From positions 1,472,001-1,536,000 of the forward strand of contig CAWANH010000029.1 of assembly GCA_963783375.1 (NCBI GenBank): a DNA stretch of 64,000 bases. The letters run 5' to 3'. Positions 49,312 through 58,272 of this stretch are shown here, in pieces. The notes below the pieces were generated by a model. That model was not told the DNA's origin and made no database searches. It was given only the letters and a program-made list of their open reading frames with translations. The DNA comes from Candidatus Eiseniibacteriota bacterium. Its GTDB lineage: Bacteria > Eisenbacteria > RBG-16-71-46 > JABDJR01. The position numbers were made by a program, and so were the translations under genes. The stretch's first letter is position 1. Every line of letters begins with the position of its first letter.

Positions 49312-52300
49312 ATGCACGGATCCGGTCAACGAACGACGGGGGCGCCCCCAACGCGGCGCCCCCGGGGTTCGCGTCTCAGCCGCGTCGTGGTAGGCCTCGG
49401 GCTCCTGGCCTGGCTTCCAGCGCCGCTCGTCGCGGCGGCCGCTCCGCCGGCTTCCGGTCGGTCCGCGGGGATCCCGCGCTCCCCCGCATTCGAAGCCGTG
49501 TACGCCCTTCTCGACGCGAACCGCTACGAGGCGGCGGACAGCCTGGCCCGGTCGGCGCTCTCCCGCGCGGAGCGGGAGCACGGGCCGGAGTCCCTCGAGG
49601 CGGCGCGGGCGCTGGACCTGGTGGTGGACGTCATGGGGCGCCGCGGCGGGGACGCTTCCAAGGAGGCGGAGGACGCCCTGGGACGCGCCCTGGCGATCCG
49701 GAAACGGCTCCTCGATCCCGAGAATCCCGAGCTCGCCGCGTCCATGAGCGGGCTCGGTGACTTCTACGCGCGGGCCGAGAAGTACGACAAGGCCCGGCCG
49801 CTCCTGGAGGAGGCCCTGGCGATCCAGGAGAAGACGTTGCCGCCGGACTCCCCCCGGCTCGCGGCGAGCCTGGGACGCATGGGCCTCTTCCTCATCGAGA
49901 TCGCGGACTATCCGGCGGCCGTCGACGCCCTGGAGCGCCAGCAGGCCGCGCTCGAACTGGCCCCCGAGGTCGACGCCCGGGCCCTCGCCCAGAACGCCTA
50001 CAGCCTGGCCCGGGTGGAGCGGATGCTGGGACGCTACTCCGGCGCGGAGGAGGATTACCGCCGGAGCGTCCGGCTCACCCGGGAGAGCTACGGTCCCGAG
50101 AGCGCCGTCGTTGCGTGGCCGCTGAACGGCTTGGCCACCCTTCACGAGAACGTCGGCGAGTACGTCGAGGCGCGACGCCTCTACGAGCGCGCCCTGGCCA
50201 TCGCCGACAGCACCCTCGAGCCGAAGAACCCCTTCATCGCCTCGTGCCTCAACAACCTGGCCTACGTCCTCGTCAAGCTGGGCGACTACGACGAGGCCCG
50301 GAGCACTCTGGTCCGGGCCCTCGCCCTGGCCAGGGCCGCGCAGGAACCCGACCGGGCCCGGATCGCCGCCATTCTCAGCGTCCTCGCCGGGGTCCAGTCG
50401 AGACAGGGCAACATCTCCGAGGCGCTCTCGCTTCACGACGAAGCACTGGCTCTCCGGGAGAGCTTTCTCGGGCCCGACCATCCCTTCCTGGCCACCAACC
50501 TCCAGGGTCGCGGATTCTGTCTCCTGTGTGAGGGAAAGCCGGGAGAGGCCGAGGCGGATTTCCGCCGGGCGTTGCACATCCTGGAGGCACCCGTGACCGG
50601 GAGCTCGTTCGACGACCTCGCGGTGGCCGCCAAGGGCCTCGGCGACGCGCTCTCCGCCCAAGGGCACCTCGATGAGGCGGCGGAGGCCTATGCGAAGGCG
50701 CTGGATACCGCCCAATCGAAGCTCGGTGGGAACCATCCCCGCGTGGCCGAGGTCTGCTCGGCGATCTCGGCCCTCGACCGCACCCGTGGGAACCGGGAAG
50801 AAGCCCTGGCCATGGCCCTTCGAGCTGAAACCGTCTCCCGGGAGCACCTTCGCCTGACCGCGGCCTCCCTTCCCGAAACGGAAGCCCTGGCCTACGCCCG
50901 GGTGGCCCGCACCGGCCTGGACCAGGCGTTGGCGCTCGCGACGCAGGGCCTTGCCCCCGGGGCGCGAAGATCCGTGTGGGACGCGCTCGTCCGGGACCGC
51001 CTCACCGTTCTCGACGTCATGGCGGCGAGGCATCGGGCCCTGAGGGCGTCCCGTGACCCGGCGACCGCCGACAAGGCCCGCGAGCTGATGGACGCCAGCC
51101 GCGCCCTGGCCCATCTCCTGGTCAGCGGTCCGGAAGCGGGAGAAGGCGGGCGATACGGCGCGAAGCTGGAGGAGGCCACGAAGCGGCGCGAGGAGGCGGA
51201 GCGCGCGCTGGTGGAAACGAGTTCAGGGTACGGGCTGGATCCAGGCGGCGAGCCGGCCGGGTTCGCCGACGTCGCCGGCCGGGTTCCCGCGGGCGGCGCC
51301 CTTCTCGCCTATGCCCGGTACCGCGAGGCGGGCCCGCCGGCCGGGGAGTGCGTCCCCGGCGAGGGCGGCGCCTCCAGGTACCTGGCCTTCGTCCTCATCC
51401 CGGGTACCCGCAAGGTCGAGGTCATCCCGCTGGGCGCCGCGGCGGGTATCGACAGCCTGGTTGGCGAGTGGGCGGGGCAGGCGGGACGCCCGCCCGACGG
51501 GGAGCACGAGGACGCGCTTCGCGAGATCGGATCCCGGCTCCGGGCGACGGTCTGGGACCCGGTGGCCCCGTATCTCCGGGGAGCGGACCGCATCTATATC
51601 GTCCCCGACGGCGCTCTCGCCCTGGTCAACCTGGACGCGCTTCCCTCCGAAGCCTCGAGCTACCTGGCGGAAACCGCTCCCCTCTTCCAGTACCTCTCGG
51701 CCGAACGGGATCTGATCCCGGCGTCCCGGGGCACCCGGGCCAACACGGAGCTTCTGGCCATGGGCGCCCCGGACTTCGATGCCGGGAGCACGGGCCCGGT
51801 GAGCGGGTCCCTGTCCGCCACGGCCCCGGACTCGACCGGGCCGGGCCGGCTTCGCGGACACGGGCGGACGCTGCCGACCCTCAAGGGGGTCAGGTTTCGT
51901 CCCCTGCCCGCCACCGCCACCGAGGTGCGGACGATCGCCGGGGTCTGGCGGGATGTCGCGCGCCGCGGTTCGGCCGGCGCGGGGGGCGGCAAGCCGGTGG
52001 GGCCAGTGCGGCTCCTGACCGGTTCCGCGGCCACCGAGGCCGCCTTCAAGCTCGAGGCCCCCCGGGCCCGGGTGATTCACCTTGCCACCCACGGGTTCTT
52101 CCTCGACGGAAGCGGTACCCCCGGCGGAACGGGCACGCGAGGAATCGCCGGCCTCAGCCCCCGCCGGCCGGCTCCGGCACGGGCCGACAACCCCTTCCTG
52201 CTGGCCGGCCTGGCCATGGCCGGAGCGAACCACCGGGACGCAGACAAGCCGGGATCCGAGGACGGCATTCTCACCGCCCAGGAGATCGCCGTCTTGGACC

Positions 52301-52626
52301 TCACCGGGGCGGACTGGGTGGTTCTCTCCGCATGCGAGACGGGGGTGGGACGCATCAGGACGGGCGAAGGGGTCATGGGGCTCCGCCGCGCCTTCCAGAT
52401 CGCCGGCGCGCACGCCCTCGTCATGAGCCTCTGGGCGGTGGACGACGAGGCCGCCTCTGACTGGATGGAGTCCTTCTACCGCGCGCGGATCACCGGAGAA
52501 AAAGATGCCGCCGCCGCCGCCCGGGCGGCCACTCTCAACGCGCTGGCGCACACCAGGACGAAGACTGGAGGCGACAACCCGTTCTACTGGGGCGGGTTCA
52601 TCGCGGTCGGCGCGGGAGCGAAGTGA
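49312..52626 (+). CDS. Exported TPR-repeat CHAT (caspase-like, clan CD) protease
   Basis: N-terminal signal/anchor RLSRVVVGLGLLAWLPAPLVAAA; many kinesin-light-chain-type TPRs; IVPDGAL, HLATHGF (His), LSACETG (Cys), SLWAVDD, PFYWGGF. Confidence 0.93.
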   Translation: MHGSGQRTTGAPPTRRPRGSRLSRVVVGLGLLAWLPAPLVAAAAPPASGRSAGIPRSPAFEAVYALLDANRYEAADSLARSALSRAEREHGPESLEAARALDLVVDVMGRRGGDASKEAEDALGRALAIRKRLLDPENPELAASMSGLGDFYARAEKYDKARPLLEEALAIQEKTLPPDSPRLAASLGRMGLFLIEIADYPAAVDALERQQAALELAPEVDARALAQNAYSLARVERMLGRYSGAEEDYRRSVRLTRESYGPESAVVAWPLNGLATLHENVGEYVEARRLYERALAIADSTLEPKNPFIASCLNNLAYVLVKLGDYDEARSTLVRALALARAAQEPDRARIAAILSVLAGVQSRQGNISEALSLHDEALALRESFLGPDHPFLATNLQGRGFCLLCEGKPGEAEADFRRALHILEAPVTGSSFDDLAVAAKGLGDALSAQGHLDEAAEAYAKALDTAQSKLGGNHPRVAEVCSAISALDRTRGNREEALAMALRAETVSREHLRLTAASLPETEALAYARVARTGLDQALALATQGLAPGARRSVWDALVRDRLTVLDVMAARHRALRASRDPATADKARELMDASRALAHLLVSGPEAGEGGRYGAKLEEATKRREEAERALVETSSGYGLDPGGEPAGFADVAGRVPAGGALLAYARYREAGPPAGECVPGEGGASRYLAFVLIPGTRKVEVIPLGAAAGIDSLVGEWAGQAGRPPDGEHEDALREIGSRLRATVWDPVAPYLRGADRIYIVPDGALALVNLDALPSEASSYLAETAPLFQYLSAERDLIPASRGTRANTELLAMGAPDFDAGSTGPVSGSLSATAPDSTGPGRLRGHGRTLPTLKGVRFRPLPATATEVRTIAGVWRDVARRGSAGAGGGKPVGPVRLLTGSAATEAAFKLEAPRARVIHLATHGFFLDGSGTPGGTGTRGIAGLSPRRPAPARADNPFLLAGLAMAGANHRDADKPGSEDGILTAQEIAVLDLTGADWVVLSACETGVGRIRTGEGVMGLRRAFQIAGAHALVMSLWAVDDEAASDWMESFYRARITGEKDAAAAARAATLNALAHTRTKTGGDNPFYWGGFIAVGAGAK

Positions 52627-52663
52627 ACCGTCAGGACCGAGTAACGGAAAGGAGACCCAACCG

Positions 52664-53500
52664 ATGAAGCGCACAGGTTCGGAACGACACGGCAAGGCCG
52701 GGCGTCTCGCGGGAACGCTCTCGATGTGTCTGATCCTCTCCCTGCTGCTGACCCTGGGCAGCTGCAGCTGCAGCGACACTCCGGAGCACCTCGTCATCCA
52801 GGACGGCTCCCTCGCGACGTGGATGCCGACCGCCAACTCCTTCTCCAACGGAACCGCAGCGGATCCCAAGGGAACCGGCGACGACGGGAGACCCAACCGG
52901 CTCTTCCGTACCGGCGTGCTCATCCAGGTCGGCGACCACAGTGGTTCGGACATGTACTACGCGGGGTTGGAGTTCCGAAAGGACGGGGAGGCCATCTCGG
53001 CCCCCTCCTTCATGACCGGCAAGACCCTGGGTGCCTCCCGGTTCACGTGGATCAATATCGTCTCGGAGAATCCCCACGACCCCTGTGGGGACGCGAGCCG
53101 GGACACGATCCCCATGGATCCCGCGGACGTGGTCTCCCTCTACCCCTCCACCGTCGAGAGCAGTTGCGAGCTCGACCTGAGCGACCCGTGTCTGCGGAAT
53201 CGCATGCTTCATGCGTACATCCCACCCAAGGCCCTCATCACGTACTGGCAGGGAGAGGCAGGCTACGCGGTCTCGGTGAAACAGGGCGCAGGAAAAACCG
53301 GGTACCACGATGCGCAGGCCTTCACGTTCAACGACCCGTTCCGGGTGGAAGTGTATCGGGCGAACGACACCACCGGCGACCTGGAGCTCGTGCACACCTT
53401 CCGGCCCGGGGAGGTGGACCAGATCGTGGTCGTGGCGGATCCCAGCGGACCGGGCGGCGGCGACCAGCACGAACCAGCATGGCCGCCGATCCAGGGTTGA
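52664..53500 (+). CDS. Hypothetical lipoprotein
   Basis: AAGGAG RBS, ATG 52664; hydrophobic stretch ending LLTLGSCSC; no family recognised. Confidence 0.75.
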   Translation: MKRTGSERHGKAGRLAGTLSMCLILSLLLTLGSCSCSDTPEHLVIQDGSLATWMPTANSFSNGTAADPKGTGDDGRPNRLFRTGVLIQVGDHSGSDMYYAGLEFRKDGEAISAPSFMTGKTLGASRFTWINIVSENPHDPCGDASRDTIPMDPADVVSLYPSTVESSCELDLSDPCLRNRMLHAYIPPKALITYWQGEAGYAVSVKQGAGKTGYHDAQAFTFNDPFRVEVYRANDTTGDLELVHTFRPGEVDQIVVVADPSGPGGGDQHEPAWPPIQG

Positions 53501-53512
53501 GACGGAGGCCAA

Positions 53513-53525
53513 ACCCCCCGACACT
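53513..53525 (+). repeat. 13-bp direct repeat, copy 2
   Basis: ACCCCCCGACACT directly before the GGGAGG RBS of the S8 gene. Confidence 0.5.
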
Positions 53526-53539
53526 GGGAGGATGCACTC

Positions 53540-56011
53540 ATGCCACCTCACGGCGGACCGCACCACCCGGCCCGTTTCCACCAGTTCATCCTGAAGCTGA
53601 GGGAGCCGGATCCAAGCGGAGGGCAGCTCTCCGCGCAGGACTACGAGATGACTCCGGGAACCTCATCCCGTATCCATCACATCCTCTCCGGAACGCGCTA
53701 TACTCTCGGGAAGAGCTTTCCCAGGTACGGGGATCTCCTCCTGGCCAGGGGATACACGACCGCTCTGACTCCGGCAGGTCCTCCCGCCACTCTGGCCACC
53801 TTCTACCGGCTCTTTCTCGCCCCGACCTCCTCCCAGGACCTGCAGGCCATCCGCACGGCCCTGGAGGGTGTGGATCAGGTGGCTTACGTGATTCCGGCCC
53901 GGCCGTTCGGCCCCCCTCCCTCTCCCCCCCCCAGCTCCGGCGACGATCTGGAGCCTTCCCAGGGCTATCTGGATCCGGCCACCGACGGCGGGATCGATGC
54001 TCGGTCGGCCTGGGAAGTGGTCGGGGGCAAGGGAGCGGGAGTGGCACTGGGCGTGGTGGACGGCGCCTACGATCCCGATCACCGGGACCTTCCGCCTGCG
54101 GAAACGCTCGAGTCCCTCTATGAGGACACCGGTCTCTCGATGGAGCATGGGACCGAGGTGCTGGGCATGCTCTGCGGGAGCCGGGATGGAGTGGGGGTGA
54201 CCGGCATCGCGTACGACATCGGCCATATCTACTTCGCCAACTACGTGGACATCCCTCCCGGTTCGGCTCACTGCTTCGATGCTACCGGAGCCGCCGTTCC
54301 CTGCGCCTTCGAGTCGGCCGTGGGGGACGAGTACGACCGGCTCCTCCGCGAGGCCCGGATCATGACGGCCCTGGACGACCTGGCCTTGAAGCTACGGGAT
54401 TGGCCCGATGGTCCGGTCGTCATGCTCCTCGAAGTCACGGCGTACGAGGATCCCGACTCGTACACGTTGGAACGCCCGGTAGAGTTGAATCCGGACATCC
54501 GGACGTATCTGAGGGCGCTGGCCGAGACGGACGGGATCACCGTGATCGAGCCGGCGGGCAACGACTCGAAGCGCCTCGACGACGTCGACGTGCCGAAGAG
54601 CGACGACGGCTCCTCCGCGAAGCTCTGGGGAGCGGATATGGACGACGCCTCCGACTCCCTCGCCGTCATGGTCGGGGCGGGAAAAGTCCCGCCCGAAGAC
54701 CTTTCCGCGCCTGGGACCTGGAGGACCCACGAGGCCATCACCAGCTACGGGACGCGCGTGAACTGCCAGGGTTGGGGCAACAAGGTGGTGACCGCGAGCA
54801 CCGACCTGACCGGGACCATCATCGACGGCAGCGCCTACACGGACGGCTTCAGCGGCACCTCCTCGGCCAGCGCCATGGTGGCCGGGGTCGCGGTGTGCCT
54901 CCAGGGGGCGCGGCTGGGAGCGGGCATGGATCCGCTCTCCCCGGTCGAGCTGCGTGCCCTGCTCGCCGACCCCGACTACGGGAGCCCCCAGCCGGAACTG
55001 GACGCCAGCTCCTACCCCATCGGCCCCCTACCCGATCTCGGGAAGCTTCTCACCCTGTGCTCCGACATCTTCCTCCGGGATCACGTCGGAGACACCGGGG
55101 AGGAGCCGTCATCGGGAACCGGGGTGTGCTGGAGCCCTGACATCATCCTGCGGACGGTGCGCGAGTTCGATCCGGAGGCGGCGTTCGGCGCCGGGGCCTG
55201 GGAGGACGGGTATCTCTGCCAGGATGCGGCCGCCGGCAGCGACAACTACGTCTACATCCGGCTGAGCAATCGCGGGACCTACCCGGACGACGCCCGGATC
55301 ACCGTGTACTGGGCCGACCCCTCGACGTTCCTCTACCCCGACGACTGGCACGAGATCGGGGTGCTGGAGGCGGAGGCGATTCTCCAGGACGAGCAGCGGG
55401 TCATCCCCGATCCCCTGGTCTGGGAGGCCGGGGATCTACCCGCGGCCGGGCACTACTGCCTGATCGCGCTGGCCGAGACCGATTCGGACAAGGTGGACGT
55501 GGCCGGCGCACTGTCCGCGGGCGAGAAGTTCGTCATGCTCGTCCGGGAGCAGAACAACCTGTGCTTCCGGAACATCAAGGTGGTGGAGGCGGCTCCGGGC
55601 TCCGAAACGTCCTCGGCCACGTTCTTCCTGCGGGGGTTGCCGGGGAGATACTTCCCGGATCCCGACAACCGCCACCGCCTGGTGATCCGATCGAGGCTCC
55701 CCCGGGGCGCCGTCGTCCACGTGGACCACACGAGGCTCGAAGTCCTTGGACCCCACCTCGCGGCGGACGGCATCGGAGCACCGCCCCAGCGCGGGGACCG
55801 GCCCCGTGAGCCCCTGATGCTGCAGGGCCTCCTCCCCCACCTCATCGATGGGATCGTTCTCGAGCCGGACCAGAAGGTCCCGGTCACCGTGCGCGTGGCC
55901 CTCCCCCCCCGGACCCCACCCGGACGTTACCTTGTGGCCGCCGAGCAGTACTGGCGGGGGAAGCTCCTGGGCCGGGTGAATTTCGAGGTTCGCGTCCGCC
56001 CGACGGCGTGA
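53540..56011 (+). CDS. S8 (subtilisin-like) serine peptidase with C-terminal beta-sandwich domains
   Basis: VVDGAY (Asp), EHGTEVLG (His), EPAGN (oxyanion Asn), FSGTSSASA (Ser); C-terminal IFLRD..GDTG.EP...WSPDI...NYVYIRLSNRG...GHYCLIA. Confidence 0.9.
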   Translation: MPPHGGPHHPARFHQFILKLREPDPSGGQLSAQDYEMTPGTSSRIHHILSGTRYTLGKSFPRYGDLLLARGYTTALTPAGPPATLATFYRLFLAPTSSQDLQAIRTALEGVDQVAYVIPARPFGPPPSPPPSSGDDLEPSQGYLDPATDGGIDARSAWEVVGGKGAGVALGVVDGAYDPDHRDLPPAETLESLYEDTGLSMEHGTEVLGMLCGSRDGVGVTGIAYDIGHIYFANYVDIPPGSAHCFDATGAAVPCAFESAVGDEYDRLLREARIMTALDDLALKLRDWPDGPVVMLLEVTAYEDPDSYTLERPVELNPDIRTYLRALAETDGITVIEPAGNDSKRLDDVDVPKSDDGSSAKLWGADMDDASDSLAVMVGAGKVPPEDLSAPGTWRTHEAITSYGTRVNCQGWGNKVVTASTDLTGTIIDGSAYTDGFSGTSSASAMVAGVAVCLQGARLGAGMDPLSPVELRALLADPDYGSPQPELDASSYPIGPLPDLGKLLTLCSDIFLRDHVGDTGEEPSSGTGVCWSPDIILRTVREFDPEAAFGAGAWEDGYLCQDAAAGSDNYVYIRLSNRGTYPDDARITVYWADPSTFLYPDDWHEIGVLEAEAILQDEQRVIPDPLVWEAGDLPAAGHYCLIALAETDSDKVDVAGALSAGEKFVMLVREQNNLCFRNIKVVEAAPGSETSSATFFLRGLPGRYFPDPDNRHRLVIRSRLPRGAVVHVDHTRLEVLGPHLAADGIGAPPQRGDRPREPLMLQGLLPHLIDGIVLEPDQKVPVTVRVALPPRTPPGRYLVAAEQYWRGKLLGRVNFEVRVRPTA

Positions 56012-56098
56012 GGCCCCGGCGTCCCCCGCGTGAGCCTTGGGACCGGGACCACGCCCGGGGTTCCCGGCGGAGCCTCGGGTCTGCGATCATGAGCCCCC

Positions 56099-57514
56099 AT
56101 GCTGACCACGATCCTCTGGGTCATCCTCGGCCTCTACGGCCTCGTCATGTTCCTGGTGTCCCCCACCGCGCGCCGGTTCGGGGAGTTCTATGCCGGACGC
56201 CGGGCCGACGACCGCGAGGTCGGCCAGGGGCTCCTGATCGGTTCGGTGGTGATCTCCTGGATCTTCGCCAAGTCCATCACCAACGCGGCCAACCTGGGCC
56301 GGGAGTTCGGCCTGGTGGGGGCGGTGGCTTACGCGGGGTGGTATCTCTCCATCCCGGTGGCCGGGTTCGTGATCTACCGGATCCGAAAGCGCACGCGGGT
56401 GGGGAGCCTCACCGAGTTCCTCACCGCCAAGTACGGCCGCGCCGCCGCGGCGGCGTTCATGCTGGTGGTGATGATCCGGCTGGTGAACGAGGTCTGGTCC
56501 AACACCGCGGTGGTGGGGACGTACTTCGGGCCCGCCGGCACCCTCCCCTACTTCGCCGCCGCCATGGCCTTCGCGCTCCTCACCCTGGCCTACACCCTGC
56601 GGGGCGGGCTCCGAAGCTCCATCCTCACCGACGGCATCCAGTTCGTCCTGGGGCTGGCCCTTCTCGCCGCCGTCCTGGCCTGGGTGGTCCCGGCAGACGG
56701 ACCGCGCCGCCTGGTCCACTCCGGCACCTGGACCCTGGCCGGGGGCGTGGACCTCCTCCTGGTGGCGCTCCTGCAGTCGTTCAGCTACCCCTTCCACGAT
56801 CCGGTGCTCACCGATCGCGCCTTCATCACCGACGCCCGCCGGATGCTCAAGGGCTACCTCTGGTCCGGGGTCATTGCCGCCGCCTTCATCGCGCTCTTCG
56901 GCCTGGTGGGGGTGCACGCCCGAAACGCGGGGCTCGACCCCGGCCAGGACACCCCGTTCCGGGTGGCCCGTTCCTTCGGGCTGGTCGCGCTGGTGGTGAC
57001 CACGGTGCTGATGATGGCCTCCGCCGGCTCCACCCTCGACTCCACCCTGAGCTCCTTCAGCAAGGCGGTGGTGCTGGACCTGGGCGGCGGGCGTGAATCC
57101 GGCCGCACCGCCGGCCTCAGCGACGGCTTCAGCCGGCTCCTGGCCCGCGCGAACAGCATCCGGGTGGGCCGCTGGATGATGGTGCTGGCGGTGGCCATCG
57201 GATCGGTACCCCTGTTCACCGGGGCGGCCATCCTCAAGGCGACCACGGTCAGCGGCACCATGGTGCTCGGCCTCGCGCCCGCGTTTCTCCTGTTCGACTG
57301 GCCGAGGCCCCGCGCCGCCGCCTTCCACCTCGCCCTCTGGCCCGGCATCCTCCTCGGCGTGCTCTACGCCGCGGGGCGCGTGCCGTCGGCGTGGGCCCTG
57401 GGGAACGGACCCAACGCCGCGCTCCTGGGGGTGAACGTGTACGGGACGCTGATCGTGTTCGGCGGCTTCCTGATCGGGGCGGTCCTGGATTCGACCGTCC
57501 GCCGGATCCGCTGA
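56099..57514 (+). CDS. Sodium:solute symporter-family transporter
   Basis: About 13 hydrophobic segments; F..FYAG, SWIFAKS, SL.EFL..KYG, YTLRGGLRSSILTD.IQ, STLDS. Confidence 0.85.
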   Translation: MLTTILWVILGLYGLVMFLVSPTARRFGEFYAGRRADDREVGQGLLIGSVVISWIFAKSITNAANLGREFGLVGAVAYAGWYLSIPVAGFVIYRIRKRTRVGSLTEFLTAKYGRAAAAAFMLVVMIRLVNEVWSNTAVVGTYFGPAGTLPYFAAAMAFALLTLAYTLRGGLRSSILTDGIQFVLGLALLAAVLAWVVPADGPRRLVHSGTWTLAGGVDLLLVALLQSFSYPFHDPVLTDRAFITDARRMLKGYLWSGVIAAAFIALFGLVGVHARNAGLDPGQDTPFRVARSFGLVALVVTTVLMMASAGSTLDSTLSSFSKAVVLDLGGGRESGRTAGLSDGFSRLLARANSIRVGRWMMVLAVAIGSVPLFTGAAILKATTVSGTMVLGLAPAFLLFDWPRPRAAAFHLALWPGILLGVLYAAGRVPSAWALGNGPNAALLGVNVYGTLIVFGGFLIGAVLDSTVRRIR

Positions 57515-57558
57515 GACACGCGCTTCCCGCCCCGAACCGGTCCCCGGAGGTTTACGCC

Positions 57559-57587
57559 TTCACACCCCCCCGCCCGCCGGGTAGAGT
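57559..57587 (+). promoter_or_regulatory. Sigma70-type promoter of the HD-PrpD pair
   Basis: TTCACA-N17-TAGAGT. Confidence 0.5.
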
Positions 57588-57703
57588 TCTCGCGCCCGAC
57601 CGGCCGCGCCGGCCCGGACCCGGCCCGACCGGCCCCCACACGACAGGACGAAAACAGCCCTTTACCCCCCGGACGGCGCCGCCGTCCCCCGGAGGAGACC
57701 GGC

Positions 57704-58246
57704 ATGCGCGACGCGGTAAAGCAACTCTGGCCGGAGCTGGACTGGATCCGGGACGCGGACCTTCGCGAGAAGACCCTGGCCACCTGGGTCCGGGCCTTCG
57801 AGCGAAGCCCCCTGACCCCCGAGGATCTGAAAACGATCCCCTTCACCCTCCTCGTTCCCGACTGCCCGGTGACCTTCATGGAGCACAAGCGGGCGGTGGT
57901 CCACATCTGCCGCCGGTCCGCCGAGGCGATGCGGGAGCACATGGGGGACGCGCTCCCCATCGACATGGACGTGCTGATCGCCGGGGCCATCCTGATCGAC
58001 GTGGGGAAGCTCCTGGAGTACGAGAAGGTGGGCGGGAACGTCCGCCAGAGCGCGCGGGGGAAGGCGCTTCGCCATCCCTTCACCGGGGTGGCGGTGGCCA
58101 TGGAGTGCGGGGTGCCGGATACGGTGTGCCACCTGATCGCCGCCCACTCCGAAGAGGGAAACCTGGTCAAGCGCTCCACCGAGGCGATCATCGTCCACCA
58201 CGCGGACTTCATGAGCTACCTGCCGTTCAAGGCCCTGGCCGGTTGA
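57704..58246 (+). CDS. HD-domain protein (HD replaced by ID)
   Basis: GGAGGAG RBS; EHKRAV, GAILIDVGK, HPFTG, IAAHS, HHADF. Confidence 0.82.
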   Translation: MRDAVKQLWPELDWIRDADLREKTLATWVRAFERSPLTPEDLKTIPFTLLVPDCPVTFMEHKRAVVHICRRSAEAMREHMGDALPIDMDVLIAGAILIDVGKLLEYEKVGGNVRQSARGKALRHPFTGVAVAMECGVPDTVCHLIAAHSEEGNLVKRSTEAIIVHHADFMSYLPFKALAG

Positions 58247-58272
58247 GCGGAACGCGGGAAGGAGACTCGAAC

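Noticed and set aside
46999-56011. CRISPR-associated (Craspase-type) interpretation of the TPR-CHAT/sigma locus
   Set aside because: No cas genes, SAVED/CARF domains or repeat-spacer array seen in the window, and the CHAT has an export signal
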